From the NCBI RefSeq assembly GCF_006345805.1, contig NC_043008.1:46562001-46626000 (forward strand): a stretch of 64,000 nt of DNA, written 5' to 3'. How positions within the stretch are numbered: the stretch's first letter is position 1; the number at the start of each line of letters is the position of its first letter. The stretch comes from Octopus sinensis (taxonomy: Eukaryota). This document shows positions 1 to 14,500 of this stretch, piece by piece. The notes under the pieces are model-generated. The model did no database searches. It worked only from the letters and a program-made list of their open reading frames with translations, and had not been told where the DNA came from. The translations under genes and the position numbers were made by a program.

Positions 1-487
1 AATGGATAAATTTGTCTTCTGTGAGTATGTAATCCCTCATCATATCTCTGGAAATTCATATGTGCTCTATGGATTAGGTCACCTTCTCTGTGATGCTATT
101 AGAACTTTTTAAAATTCTGTGATAAGACTGTACATCATCTTTAAAGAACTTTAATGAACTTTGGAAATCTGTTTATGTTACTTAATTATCTACATTACTT
201 CATGAGTATAGCCTCAACCACTAGGATGTCTAGAGAACTCACATGTATTTTAGCTGATGAGTACGGGACACGTTTATATGCTGTAATTTTTACAACTTTT
301 AATAAAGCCTGTCCTTGTATGAAACGATTGTACTAAAAACCTATCCATTCTTGTTGCTTCTTTCTCGCTTATAATCACCCCACATTACTGTATTGTTAAA
401 ACAGTATAGTTTTTTTTGGTGCATCTAAGTTAGGTACCATATTCAAGTAAATTCATTTAAATTAACTTGAATCTTTATTGCTTTTTG

Positions 488-518
<31 letters not shown>

Positions 519-1441
519 TATATAGATATAGATATATGTATATATATACAAAATCAATTGCAGCGTGGAAGGTGTATAAGCCATTTAAGAAACACACAAA
601 CACCGTTAGATTGACTTCAACATTTAAATTTAATTTGTCAAAATATTTTCGTCGCTTTCAGACCGCGACCTGTTCACTGACAAAGTTCCGTGCAGCATCT
701 GAGAAAGTAACAGTTAGTCCATGATATATATGTACGTATGTATGTTTGTATGTATGTGCGCATGTATATATATTGGCGATCGATTATTGACTTTTACGTA
801 ATACTTAAATAAATAAAAAAAGGAACTATATAAACTATTCATCAATCTGACGTCCTTGTACTAGCTTCCTATTTACTGAAAAATATAGTAGAAGTGACAG
901 ATGACGGTTAACAATTTCTTAAATATGATTTTCAAATAACATATAGCTCCTTGTTTAGTATTTCTGACCAGTATTTTCTATAAGGATTTTTTAAAATAAA
1001 TATATGTTGGATATAATAGCGAGGAAGTCTAAAATTAAATATTAGATATATAAGCAAGCAAGCCCTTCAAAGTTTTGAGTCTCGATTCATATAACTGTGA
1101 ATGGAAAAAATGAATATAAAGATACCTAAATAATAATGATAGGTTAGAAAAAAATTCTATGTATATTTTAAATGAATTTTAAAAAAAATTTATTTGACTT
1201 TAAATCTCACTTACTGTAGCGTAAACATTCGACCTTTTATGATGTTCTCGTCATGGAAATACTGATCCTTCAGTCCGAAACATTTGTCTGGGAATATGAA
1301 CTAAAAGCATAATCCATTTTAACATCCAATCTGTTTCATTTAATTTATTTAACGAAATTGATTAAACTTTAATAATTTAAGCATGACATTGATTATTTCT
1401 TTATACATACATACATGCATATATACATACATATATATATA

Positions 1442-1492
<51 letters not shown>

Positions 1493-4400
1493 TACACACT
1501 TCGCAAAATCTACATACCTAGATATTGCTTATACTCTTAGCATGCGAAAATGTTCTCAGTTACATACTTCAAATACCGTGGAAAGGCGGCTACTGAAGGA
1601 AAATGTTACAAGTTTCCATTTCCCAAAATAAAATGAAAAATTCATAATCCGTAATAAGGTTTTTTAAAGAAAAAAAATGTCCATCGAAAACGCGCTTAAC
1701 GAACAAAACAGAGTAAAATTAATCATTAAATAAATCACGAAGATCGACATCACACGTGAGAAATAACACCAATAAAACAAAACCAAAGAGCAGAACAAGT
1801 GTCGAATGCCAACGAAAATAGAACCAGAACAACAGAAATATTAAAAAGAAAATCAACAATATGTTAGATTTATGAACAGGAAATTCCTAAGATTGGATTC
1901 ATGTACCTAACAATAATCTAAATGTAGAAATGATTAAAGAATTGAAATCAATAGATCATATTCATAGGAATGTATACCACTTGTATAAAATCAAACGAAC
2001 AAATAACAATAAGGATTGCAGGCGTGGCCACCACACTTGAAAACAGACACGAACGTCAATATCCTCGGGTTAAATTTAATAATATATACATCAACCACTG
2101 TAGTTGCTGTGTAATGTGGGCTGATGCCTCACATCTATTCATGGAAAAATCACAACACATGCAAATATGGAGAAGCATATGATAAAACACAGAAGAAAAA
2201 ATATATATTATATCGTTATGAAATCGGAGAAAATCGTGACTAATTGACACAAAAAAAGCAGAAATGTTACAGAATTATAAAAATAATATATAAGCATGTT
2301 CTTTAAAGTGAAGAACGCCTTAAGTGAAAAACACTAGCAAAAAAGGCAAAAATATGTGAAAATGTGTGCAAATGGTCAATAAAACACGCCGTTAAGCACC
2401 AAGGCAATATTAATTTTACGAGAAATATGTAAAAATATGGGATTTAATCCAACACAAACAGAAGAAATAAAAGACTTTCAGCGGACGAAAGGTCATGGAA
2501 GGAAACAGCAGAAGCATGATTCTTCTTAAAGAAAGTACAGATTATGTAAATATTTATGTAAAGCTATTGCAGTAAAAGTGCTCCAGCGGCAACTAAATTG
2601 AATAAGAAGTTACTGGAAGATTATAACATCCCTAACTTCTAGTGTAATATATTAGAAAATGGTAAAACATGCCGCAGGCACGTTCAGGAGAAATCCAACA
2701 TTGGCACCCAAGTCTAAAAGAAGGGTAGAATCTGAGACTAGACATTTTAAACATGATTTTCTACTACGTAGAATACTTTACAACACAATATTTCACAGAA
2801 TAAGTAAACTAAAAAAATTAGCCAATTTTCAGGACAATAAATTGACAGGAAATGCTCAGATGGCTGTAAAGATGGATTATATTTAAAAACAGCGTGTAAT
2901 GAGGCAGCGTACATTACGTCAGAGGAAATGGTGTTTCGAGGTTGTGGAGAGTTCTGTCTCTGGCAGCCAGTATTTCACAAGAGAGAAACACCTAACTACT
3001 GGTAAAAGAGAACCGGATTAAATAAACCGGAAGTGATGTCAACATTAAGAAACAGCCAAAGAGAAAGAGATAAGATGCCCAATCTTCAGAAATTTCCGTT
3101 CTGTATAACAAAGTAACTAAACAATGAGGCTATGCAGGGAGATCAAATAAAATCGATAATTTTGTAAATGAACGCCAATTATTGCAAGGTTTAGTATCAA
3201 TGTATTTGTTTCAGCAAACGATCATAAATCATTATATTAATGGAGATCTTATCTAAATATAATGATCTGGAAGTGACAGAAAATGTAAAGGAGAAAAGAT
3301 ATTGAATAGAGAGTTCTTAGAATGACTAAGAATGTGGAAAAACACATAACACCAATCTAGGGGTTATAACGATATACATATTTAATCATCTAAAAACAAA
3401 AGTAACACAGATACACACAGCACGCAGAAAATGGGAATTTTTTCTAAATTAAAAACTACAAAATAAAAGAATTTTCTGCTATATGCATAGTGCACAGATC
3501 AGCAGATTGGCTTACTCATATCTGCAGAAAAAATAATTATGCAAAGAATTTAAGAGCTATAAAAGTGAGACGGAAGAAACACATTTTAGTGTGAAATATG
3601 TGCAATCAAAATTAGAGGTGTGAAAAAACAAATAAAAGAGATAGACAATGCCACAGTACCACAGTGCCATAAGGTCACGCTAAAAAGATAATGGAATATC
3701 TAAGAAACTGACCTTGGTAGATATATTAAGCATGGTCTGAAAATAAGTTCTTAAATGTTGAGCTTCCTTACAATACGACGTATGCTCAGATTTTATAGAT
3801 GGTGTAAATAGACTTTGGAAAAAATTCAGTGATTGATATGTCACCTGTATTTTAAAGTGTAACATTTCATTTCGTCAGTGGATCAAAGGTAAAATTGACT
3901 GTGCATTGTTGTAACAAATGGATAGAAAACAGGTAGATTCTTGCTTTCAGCAACAGACTATATAAAAGCACGATAATTCGAGAAATTGGTAAATATGAAT
4001 ATCCAGAAATATAAAGGAGTACCAGAACACACATCGGATCATTTATTGAAGGTAGACAAGCCGGAACATCGAAGTTAGTGTCAATATTTTCCTTGTAAAA
4101 GTTGTGTGTGTGTCTATGGGAGAGTGCGTATACAGACAGACACACAAAACACACACACACATATTTATATACCCACGCACAAACCCATACATACAGAATA
4201 AATATGCAGAGTGAGTGAAAATAATTTCTACAACAGTAACATTACACAAAATAATATGAAATATTTTCTGGTTTCGTAAAATGATTCACGAATGAAATTT
4301 TTTCTAACGGATCTGATTGGAGATCCTCTATTTTTTTATCGTTTAAACTATTTTGATTGAATGAATATACCTAATCTCTTATCTGTTTTCTCTTATCTCT

Positions 4401-4609
4401 AATTATTCTATTTCAGTTTAGTTCATACGTTCGAATTCCTAAAATGATGTGATAACGTTTGGAATTCATCAGTTGTCATTGCGATGCTACGTTTGTTAAA
4501 TTAGGCATAATTCTCTTCGCATGAAATGTAATTACGCGTATGGGTATATTATTTACATCTAAATTGCACACAATGATGCACATACGTGGTATGTATATTA
4601 CGTATATAT

Positions 4610-4716
<107 letters not shown>

Positions 4717-4751
4717 TATTAATAGTAATATGACAACAAAAGAATTAATGA

Positions 4752-4888
4752 TACCTCGACATTATGTAAAATAGGGGAATTTATCTATAAATATATGTTA
4801 TAACTAGTTGGTTGTCATAACAAACCCAGAGTTTCGGATGCCGTGGCTGAAGTCTGCTCCGGCATCTCATCGAGATAATGATTGTCAC

Positions 4889-4890
<2 letters not shown>
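4752..4890 (-). mobile_element. Solo pseudo-LTR fragment of the same PLE family as 55020-55830
   Basis: GAUGA-GAUGCC...GGCAUC-C-GAAAC-ucuggguu followed by acatatatttatagataaattcccctattttacataatgtcgagg, matching 55790-55830; core has an extra C and stem I is lost. Confidence 0.6.
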
Positions 4891-4919
<29 letters not shown>

Positions 4920-5085
4920 AACGCACTCACATATAAATATAAATTGGGTAAACACCTGGTAGTATGCCGTTTAAACAGAGTTTAATGAGAGGGTACCTTT
5001 TGACAAGTCGCCTAGCGAGGATCATCTGCACCGAAGGATGCACCACAAATAGTTTTTCAGAACTTCATCTAGAGGGACCGATGCA

Positions 5086-5124
<39 letters not shown>

Positions 5125-5781
5125 AGGCACTATGTATGCTTTTTAGTTCCCATCTATGAATATAGTAAGCAAAATGACGTAGACATTTTTATCTCTTAAT
5201 ACCTTAAAAGTTTTATTTTCATTCTACACGAATCTCCAAATGATGTGTTGTCGAATTGTATATATGTTCTGAATCTTTATAAATAGCATTCGTAGATCCA
5301 ACGATTTCAAAATTGCAGGATTCCATATGAAGTCAATGTATTTTACTTTCCAAATTCTTGAAATATTTAACTTTTGTATTTTGAAGTTGTCAGAGGAATT
5401 TACGGAAGCATGATATACCTTTATTAATTTGTTTTCACTTTCGAATACAAGAAGCAAAGTTTGACAGCAGATTCCAAATATTTTCAAGCACACTAAATGA
5501 AAATATAGTTGCATGCTTCCTCAAACAATCATCTTCTGCTCGAAGCTCAGCTGTCAGACAGGTTTTCTTGCATAGTAGTGTAGGATATTTATATTATGCG
5601 CAGGGAATATTTTGACATATGTCATATTCGCACGTAATAGCTTGTAATACCTTACAAATTGCGTTTCATCTCGCACATCTCATTTGTAACACATCCTGCT
5701 GCCGCATAAAAGTCAAACTTAAATGCATGGATCACACATTTAAACACACACACACAATAATTATATCTATCTTACATATGC

Positions 5782-5821
<40 letters not shown>

Positions 5822-5914
5822 ATGAGAAAGAGAGAGAGAGAGAGAGAGAACCTTTGCATGTGTGTATGCAGTACATATGTATGTACTGGATACACACATG
5901 CAAAAGTTCTCTCG

Positions 5915-5993
<79 letters not shown>

Positions 5994-6767
5994 GCATATG
6001 TAATTTGAGTTGCAAAAGAAAAATAAATTGCTTCTAAAGGGGAATGAAAATACCTGTAAGCAATATTAAAATCAAATTATAATCAACAGAAATAGTGACT
6101 TCGGTTGTCCTCATATAATTTGTTATTTGTGTATTTGTCAATTTTTGGCAAAAAAACACAAAAGAATATTGCCTCTTAAAACATAATATTTATTTTAGAT
6201 GCATTTAATGCAGCTAAACGAACACCTTTACATTCCATTCGTGTCATACTTCATTTAGATTTGACTGCCGTTAATATTGTATCAAGGGTCAAATCACAGA
6301 ACCAAAATATAAAATCGTGAGCAATTTGCACATTAGAAATCTAACAAACCCTAAGCTCTAAGGAACGATTTCAAACAGGTTTAAAGTTCATATATTCTCC
6401 TAGCCAATGATCTTACAGTTCACCTACATATTTTAAAGTCAAACACTTTTAATGAACATACAACATCTCCACTGAAAATGTAATATCATTCTTCATCCAT
6501 CGAAATAACGGCTCGATGAACACAATATTCTTCACAAAGATTCTGGAAGTATGACGGTACCCTCTGTCATAAACCCGATTTCCAATATTGATGGGATCAA
6601 CAAGATAGAGCGCCATCCACTAATAGACACTTATCCGAACTTATATGTACTTGAAGATTCAGTTCAGAATATAGCAAAAAGATTTCATTCCTACGCATTG
6701 TCTCGAATTTTATACAGTTTTATGACGTCAGCATATAATATGTATATATATATATATATATATATAA

Positions 6768-6930
6768 AAGCCTGACTGTGCGGCATGGAGCTTGCTTTCT
6801 GACAACATGGTTCCAGATTCAGTCCAACTGCGTGGCACATTGGATACGTATCTTCTTCTATAGTGTCGAGCCGGCCGAAGTCTTGTGAGTACATTTGGTC
6901 GACGGAAGCTGAAAGAAGTCCGTTGTATAT
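6768..6930 (+). mobile_element. SINE family 1, 5' part
   Basis: Colinear with 20200-20355 (catggttccagattcagtccaactgcgtggcac...ggaagctgaaagaagtccgttgtata). Confidence 0.7.
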
Positions 6931-8050
6931 ATATATATATATATATATACATAACAGATGATAGAGATGGTAAATGGTATATGCGAGAAATTTTATTGCG
7001 CACAGCGATCGTTTCGGCCCAAAATGCATCGAGCCCACGCGAGTGCAATATATTCCGGCAACAATGCCAACTTCACAATCCATCCAAGATTTGCTTTCCG
7101 TGCAGTCCTCCCTCCACAAGATTCTGATCTCTTCATATCATAACAACAAGGCAGGAATATTTCTCGGGCCTTGAATTCTTTTGCATCATACCAAGATTTG
7201 TAAGGAAAGAAAAAGTACTCTTAACTTGAAAACGTTTACTGAATGAATACTTCCCAGAAATTCCAGATGATTGACCCACAACTGGATGTGTTATGGTGCC
7301 CAAAGTATGACTATAAAAGGAAATATGATAAAACGTCTGGTCCTGTGGGTGCTATTAAGTTACTCATAGCCGTAGCCAATTGTCGTCGAAACCTCTCTCC
7401 CCCTCTCCTTCTCTCCCCCTCTCTCTCTGTTTTCACACACACACAGGGTTGCCTGTTTCTACCATTCGCTGCAAGAAATTATGTGTTGTGGTGAATGTAA
7501 TATGAATTTTTGTATTTATCTACAATCTCTGTGAAAGCGATTAACACTGCAACTCAAGTGAAGAAGCTGACTGTGTTAGGAAAACTTTTACCGATTCGGT
7601 GATTGTGAAAACAAATTCTAATGAATAGCCCTAATAATCGATGGTTTTTTTTTTCGAAAAATCAATAGTTTAGTAGTATATATATTTGAAATGCAGCTGT
7701 TTATTTTATATATCAATTGTCATAAATAAGCTCCGTAAATCTGCAAACTTCCAGCAATAATTAACTATTCCACATCGTTGAAAGGCTTTATTTATATCTA
7801 AACGTTGGGATTGCTAACAAAATGAGAGTAAGAGTAGTCAGCTGTATCTTATGCTGAAAAAATCGGTGAAAATCTACACCACAAACATGTAAAATATTTC
7901 GAGCATAACACAGGCAGAAAAACCTATTTAAGTGATATGAATAAATTTTACAAAATAATCTGAATTTGGAATAAGGTTTTCTTTTCAGCAATTCCTATAA
8001 ATGCACACACACACACATACATAGGCGTGTGTACATGTGTAACTGTGCAC

Positions 8051-8054
8051 ATAT

Positions 8055-8149
<95 letters not shown>

Positions 8150-8323
8150 ATAAAAATGGTAAGGCAACAAAAGAAAGAAACAGACCTCAATACTATGTAA
8201 ATAGAGAAATTTATCTGTAAATGTGATGAGATAATTAATCGGTAGCTGCCGAATAATTGCTCCGTATCATATTTACACACACACACACGCACACACACAC
8301 ATATGTATATATATATACATATA

Positions 8324-8373
<50 letters not shown>

Positions 8374-8387
8374 ATATATATATATTT

Positions 8388-8430
<43 letters not shown>
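8051..8430. repeat. (TA)n microsatellites; representative of dozens of (TA)n, (CA)n, (GA)n, (TAA)n, (TACA)n and (CCTA)n tracts across the window
   Basis: Directly visible; other large tracts at 4610-4720, 5775-5995, 11750-11860, 17015-17130, 18180-18380, 52630-52890, 54745-54900 and 61015-61085. Confidence 0.98.
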
Positions 8431-8432
<2 letters not shown>

Positions 8433-11400
8433 TTTATTGGCTTTGATGGTTCGGTCTGTATGTACTGGAAAGTCCCACAGAATGGTTACATTTTCTCCTT
8501 CAGTTACAGCCTCAGGGTGGTGATTATACCACTTGTCGGCAGTTTTGATATTGTAATGCCGACTTATTAGCCAGTGTAGATATTGGCCAACTCTGTCATG
8601 TCTCTGTCAACTCTCTGCTTTTAGCCCTGAGCTCCGTAGCCACTGATGGGTTTGCTTCTGGTCAACATCAGCTTGTTTGCTGCGGGTCACATATTTGCCG
8701 TGCAGAGGTTTCTCCTCCTACCTATCAGCCAATTGCTCGTGCGCTTTTTTCGTTGCCATCATTTTCACCTTCTTTGCAACAATAGTTGCCGTACTTCCCT
8801 CGGGTTGTTCAGTTTGGGTATCCTGCACGAGATCAATAGCAAATTTGTTGCTTTCCTTTATAATAGAATGAAGCTTCTTTCGTCTCTCGTGATTTTCCAC
8901 GAGCTTTAGCATCCAGTCATTCGATATTTCGAGATATTTGGCCAGTCCAATTGTGGTTGTTTTGTAAGCTAGTTCTAATTGGATCAGGCCTCGACCTCCT
9001 TGGGCTCTGGGAAGGTAAAGGCGATCTACGTCTGCCTTTGGGTGGTGCATCCTATTACAACTCAGCAGCTTGCGTATTTTCCTATCTATATTCTTTATTT
9101 CACTCATATTCCAGTTCAACACATTGTAGCTATAAGTAACAACTGGAACTGCTAAGGAATTTATAGCTAACACTTGTTACGTGCATTTAGTTCAGATTTC
9201 AGGACTGCACGAACTCTCCTATAACATTCCTTCCTGATCTTCTCTTTCATGCTTGCATGCTGAATACCAGAGCCTTCATTTATCCCTAAATATTTGTATG
9301 TTTGTTCTTGCTCAAGCTCTCTTATGACTGTGTCAACATCTAACACGACTGAATTTGTGGTCTTCACTTTCCCTTTCTGGAAAGTGGCCTTGGCACACTT
9401 CTCAAGTCCAAACTCCATCCCGATGTCATCGCTGAATGCTTTCACGGTGCGCAATAGGCCTTCAAGTTCATTATTGTCTTTACCATAAAGTTTTAAGTCA
9501 TCCATATAAAATAGATGGCTTATTTTTTTATTGGCACTTTTATACCCATACCCTGTTCTGTTTAATTCACTTGTAAGGGGTATTAGGGCTATGCAGAATA
9601 TTAAAGGTGAAAGTGAGTTACCTTGAAAAATTCCACAGTTAATGTTTATATTTTCTGAGGCAAGTATTCCATTAGAGTGGTATAATTGGAGATTCGTATT
9701 CCACAACGACATATTGTGCTTCAGGAAGTTTGAAATCACAGGGGAAATTTTGATGATGTCCAGCGATCTCAAGATCCATGGATGCGGTATACTGTCGAAG
9801 GCCTTTTCATAGTCAATCCATGCGGTGCTGAGATTTCTGCGCTTGTTGTGACAGTTCTCAAGGATCATACGATTGATTAGCAGTTGATCTTTGCATCCGT
9901 AAGAGCCTCGGCGGCACCCTTTTTGTTCAATGTGGAAAATATCGTTCTTCTCCATGAATGCATAAGTTTTCTCCGCCAGGATAGATGTTAGGATTTTATA
10001 CGTGGTGGATAGACAGGTTATAGGCCGATAGTTTTTTGGAAGGTTGGTTTCGTTATTCTTTGGGAGTAGGTAAGTAATGCCACTTGCTAACCATTCAGGT
10101 GTTTTCTTTGGGTCTCTCATAATTCCATTGAGCAACTGAACTAGCTCACCGTGTGCGCATGGGAGCGATGCGAGCCAGAAATTCGGCACCTTATCTTTAC
10201 CGGGGGATTTCCAATTATGGGCCTTCGTGAGTGCCTTTCTTAGGTCTGCTATTGTGATGTCTTCCCATGCTTGTTGTTGTAAATTTTGGTAGGATCCTTC
10301 AGTATGTATAATCCAGTCTGCATTTATGTTGTACGTCTTCTTGTCACTCCAAATCCTTTTCCAAAAGTTTTGAACTTCTTCCATGGGAGGGGGGTCTTTG
10401 ACGGTTACTTTCTCCTTCCCTATTTCTCTGTACAATTTTTTGGCATTGGATGTGAACAGCTTATTTTGCTTGTAAAACTTGTTTCTCTTCTCAAATCTTC
10501 GTATTCTTTGGGCTTTGGCTTGGAATTTTTGTTTCAGCGTTTCTTTTATTGATATCAGTTCTTCTCTTGGTGAGGATCCAAATTTTCTCTTCATCTTTCT
10601 TCCTGTTCTGGATCTTACATCATTCCCACATATTAGTTCATTTAATATTGATATTTCCCCTCTCATAAATTCAATCTCTTTTTCAATTTTACTTCTCCAG
10701 GTTTGATTTCTTCCCAGGTTTTGTTTTCTTTGTTTTTTGGGGGGCATGCAGCTGGTTTCAATTGCCCTAGCAGAAGCGTAAATAATTTCATTTAACTCAG
10801 TAAAATCAGGTTTTAATTCTCGTATTATTTCATTTGTTACATAGTTGCCAATTTGGATTTGTTTTTTATTTTGGTTTGTATTTGAGAGTTTATGAAGTGG
10901 TTCTCTATCACTCATACTTGTATGTCTTACAAATTCAAGCGTATTCAGGATTTTCTGCCTCATTTCTGCCATAGACTCTCTGTGTTCTTCAGCAAATGCG
11001 AGATCTTCAGTTACTGTTGTTTTTTCGTTTTCCTGGCTATCTTTAACAGGTACAATAGAATTTCTTGTATCTTCAGGGCTTTGCGTACTTTGGTCAGATG
11101 GCAGTCTTTCAATTAAGCCTCGTGGCGGGCTATACTGTTCATCTGATTCTTCATTTCCTTTGTGTCTTATATTTATGTCATTTTCCGTTGCATGCTTGAT
11201 CGCGCTTATTTCACTGTCTGTGAGCCTGTTATTTCTAAGGATATCCCTCCTCACATTTGCTAATTTGTTCTCGTCCAAATAGGGCCTACTGTCTTGATTC
11301 CGTGTTTTCCATATACTGTAAGAGTTTGCGGTGTGTCTCTCTTGAGATGGCCTACCTAATGCATAGTAATAAGCGTATGTTACTTCTTTATACTCTTCTC

Positions 11401-11750
11401 GGGTCCATTTGTTCCGCTTACATTTTTCTTTCTGTGGTGGTTGTGGTGGTGAACTTGGAGGGCTCGAGTTGGGGGATTTCCCGTTCAAGTGACCATCCAT
11501 GTCCGTATTCGGAGAAGAGTTTGTGCTAGTTGATGACTTTTCGATCCCAGGCTGGCTCTCCCTGTGGGACGCGCTTCCAGATTAACCATAGGACAAGCGA
11601 TTTGGTATACTGATTTAGTTTTCCTTTTAGTTTCCAAAAACATTTTGGTGCTACGATAATGTTATCATTTTTTAGCTTTGATTGGCTCGTGGGGAGACGG
11701 CCATCATTGCCGTTACAATTATAATCGTACCATTATAGCAGCCGTAGTCG
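8430..11750 (-). mobile_element. R4/Dong-clade non-LTR retrotransposon (RT + restriction-like endonuclease), inactivated and 3'-truncated
   Basis: 777-aa ORF 11500-9167 with N-terminal KRNKWT helical motif and RT motifs (KSPGKDK, NYRPITCL, QKGC, WIDYEKAFDS, GIFQGNSLSP, HLFYMDDLKLY). It continues after a 1-nt frameshift at ~9173 (LAINSLAVPVVTYS...LYLPRAQGGRGL), an in-frame TAG replacing Trp at 8718-8720 (ADR*EEKPLHGKY), and then RHDRVGQYLHW...WYNHHP...TILWDFPVHTDRTIKANKP ending at (TA)n. The 5' boundary is approximate. Confidence 0.9.
9167..11500 (-). pseudogene. Reverse transcriptase ORF of the R4/Dong-like element (main uninterrupted segment)
   Basis: YMDD catalytic motif and conserved non-LTR RT subdomains; the ORF terminates early by frameshift, and the conserved QGD is mutated to QGN. 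Confidence 0.88.
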
Positions 11751-12095
11751 GCTTATTATTGTTATTATCATCACCATTATTATCACTATCATCATTATCA
11801 CCACCATTACCATCATCATTATCATCATCACCATCACCATCACCACCATCATCATCAATGATATTGTTTTATGTGTAGTCACAGCAGTATCTTATTGTTA
11901 TTTTTGTTTTTTTATCATCATCACCATCACAGTAGTGTCTGTCTGTCTCGTTGGCTGGCTTGGTGGTTGGCTGGCTGACTGTCTTCAGCGCCAGAGTTCT
12001 TGCCTGTCAAATAATACTTTCATATTTGGTTAACAATAGAGCTGAGGTGAGGTTTGTGTTGGTTGAACTCTTTGTTCAACTCTTTGTTATTATTA

Positions 12096-12143
<48 letters not shown>

Positions 12144-12553
12144 CTTTCGTTTGGTTCTCATTATCATTTAACTAAAGAATGCGTTTGGTATGTGTTTAAT
12201 GTTATCAATGTTATTATTCCTCCTCAAACAATGAAATTTTTTTGCCCCGACGGGACAGTACTAATAATGCATAAATTGGTGCATAGAATATGCAACAACA
12301 TGCGATTGGTGCGATCGAAACACGTGGCGGACTATTGTACCAAATGGAAATAAACTTAAAGTTTGAACGTTCAAATTCTTCATTCTCCTCATTTTCAATA
12401 TGGTAATTTACACTCTAAGTAGCCCAAAAATAGACTGAAACATCGGATGAGAGCTAAAGGCAGATTACCAAAAATCGCACCCACCACCGGAAGGAACTCT
12501 CCTTGCTTGCAATTTTACTCCGAGAAATTCGGTATCCTCATGCTCTCTCTCTC

Positions 12554-12631
<78 letters not shown>

Positions 12632-12766
12632 GTGTGTGTGTGTGTGACTTAATATTTTTGCTTCTAACAATTTTTTGTATGTCATGTGTTGAGCGATGCG
12701 TCTTTTAAATGTTGGCAATGTGACTGAAGAGAAAATACGCACTGATGTGCACACACACTCACACAT

Positions 12767-12869
<103 letters not shown>

Positions 12870-13814
12870 CAGAAGTGTTAGAGCGTGGGCTTGCTAGATG
12901 AATTGTCGATAATTCATTTAAAATACTGCATTTCATCGGTATAATGACATGATGATAGTAATTCCTCAAGAGTCCGCATAAATTTCCATAATACAAGAAA
13001 AACAGAGAAAATATCTGACCATCAGCTGTTTATGTTATATGAAATGACAGCGAGTATAATTGAACCTCCGAGATCTCCTTATGAAGTTAAATATAATTTA
13101 CATATCTGCCAATTATCTATGTATATATATATAGGATGAGACAGTTGACTCTTCTGAAAAGTACATTTTTCTTGATATGTGTCATCCATTTTTATAGTTA
13201 ATGCTTCTATACTAACAGAGAGACACATCTGCTATACGCTAAAATTTTATAGAATTCCGCAGAGAATCTAAAATATGTGTATCGCAATTATCACACAGGG
13301 AAAGATAATTAGAACTAATAATGAGAGGAGATATTTCAAAAGAAAAAAAAAAAGCCTAAATTCGATTCTGAAGAATTGTTACGATGAAGAATTCACACAC
13401 AGAGAACGTCAGAGTCTGTGAATGAGAAACGAGTTTGCAATCCATTAGAAACATGTACGAAATACTAAGTTTGATATATGCAAACAGGAAAATTCTTGAT
13501 CATTAAAATATTAATATGTTATTTGAAATGATAAGCTTCTTCAACAGCAGAATGTAACAGCCAAACTCATTAGGATTAGATGTGTAGATGTACATTCCAC
13601 CCATGAGGTAATCTATTTTATCATTATTTTTTTTCTTTTTGTCTAGATGAACATTGGTTTCACTTACTATTGTGAATGATTTGCAGAACTTCATGGGAAT
13701 AGTAAACCAAGTCTAAAGATAAAATAGAACAGGAACTTAAGTTTGTAGGTTGACATTATAATGTCGGAAAGGAAAACAGAAAATATTTATTTAGAGGGTA
13801 TATGGGAACATTCA

Positions 13815-13952
13815 GGTAAGCGGGCCAAATTTCGCACAAGGCCAGTAATTTCTGTTGACGATTACACCGACCTCAGTATTCAACTGGTACTTATTTTATC
13901 GTCCCTGAAATGAGAAGAGGTAATGTCAATTTCGGGAGAATTTGAACTCAAG
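13815..13952 (-). mobile_element. SINE family 2, 3' fragment
   Basis: caactggtacttattttatcgtccctgaaa...ggagaatttgaactc is the reverse complement of the family 2 core. Confidence 0.55.
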
Positions 13953-13959
13953 CACTCTC

Positions 13960-14500
13960 CTTACCAAGCATGCCTGCTAATGCTGGCAGTTTAGTCCCTT
14001 GCATCCCTCATATATTCTAGAATGTATGATGCATGGATACTAGAGCAAGTCTCAGCCTTCACATTTCTTAAATACGCGCAAGAAATATGAATGGTAGATT
14101 TATTGCGGTATTTTACATCGCTTACAAACTTGGGCAACGGATGCGAGAGAAGGGAAAATATGAGAGTAAGTTGGAAAGGGACAAAAGTATTTAAATGGGC
14201 AGAATAAGGGAAAAGGGAATATAAAAATGCAAATGAGTCGTTATGCTTTCATAAACAGGGAGAAGCACCACTTCATCAGTTCCCAACGGTGATGCTGAGT
14301 GCAGCCTGGCAGTAGCTACCTCCCGAAATCGCACCTCCACTGTTTCAATTTTTTTCCCTCTGGCTAGGTAGGAAATTCCTTGCCAGATTGGCTTAAGATC
14401 CTTTTCTATTTGAGCCGACGTCATGACTTCAATTTTCCTGGTTGCTACCAGGTACCATCTGTAAAATATGGTTTTCTCATTTTTCTCTTTGAACACTTTC
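13960..14500 (-). mobile_element. Possible LINE ORF1-like remnant
   Basis: ETVEVRFREVATARLHSASPLGTDEVVLLPVY looks protein-like and resembles LINE ORF1 RRM segments as I recall them; no decisive motif. Confidence 0.3.

Noticed and set aside
1860-2900. Possible very old PLE RT remnant (KFNNIY...SHLFMEK)
   Set aside because: Resemblance to the FNN..Y.Q..G.AMG...LFM pattern is too degraded to support without a profile search.
11500-11750. HDV-like ribozyme in the 5' UTR of the R4-like element
   Set aside because: Such ribozymes occur in related elements, but I could not build a P1/P1.1/P3 nested pseudoknot by eye; needs a descriptor search.
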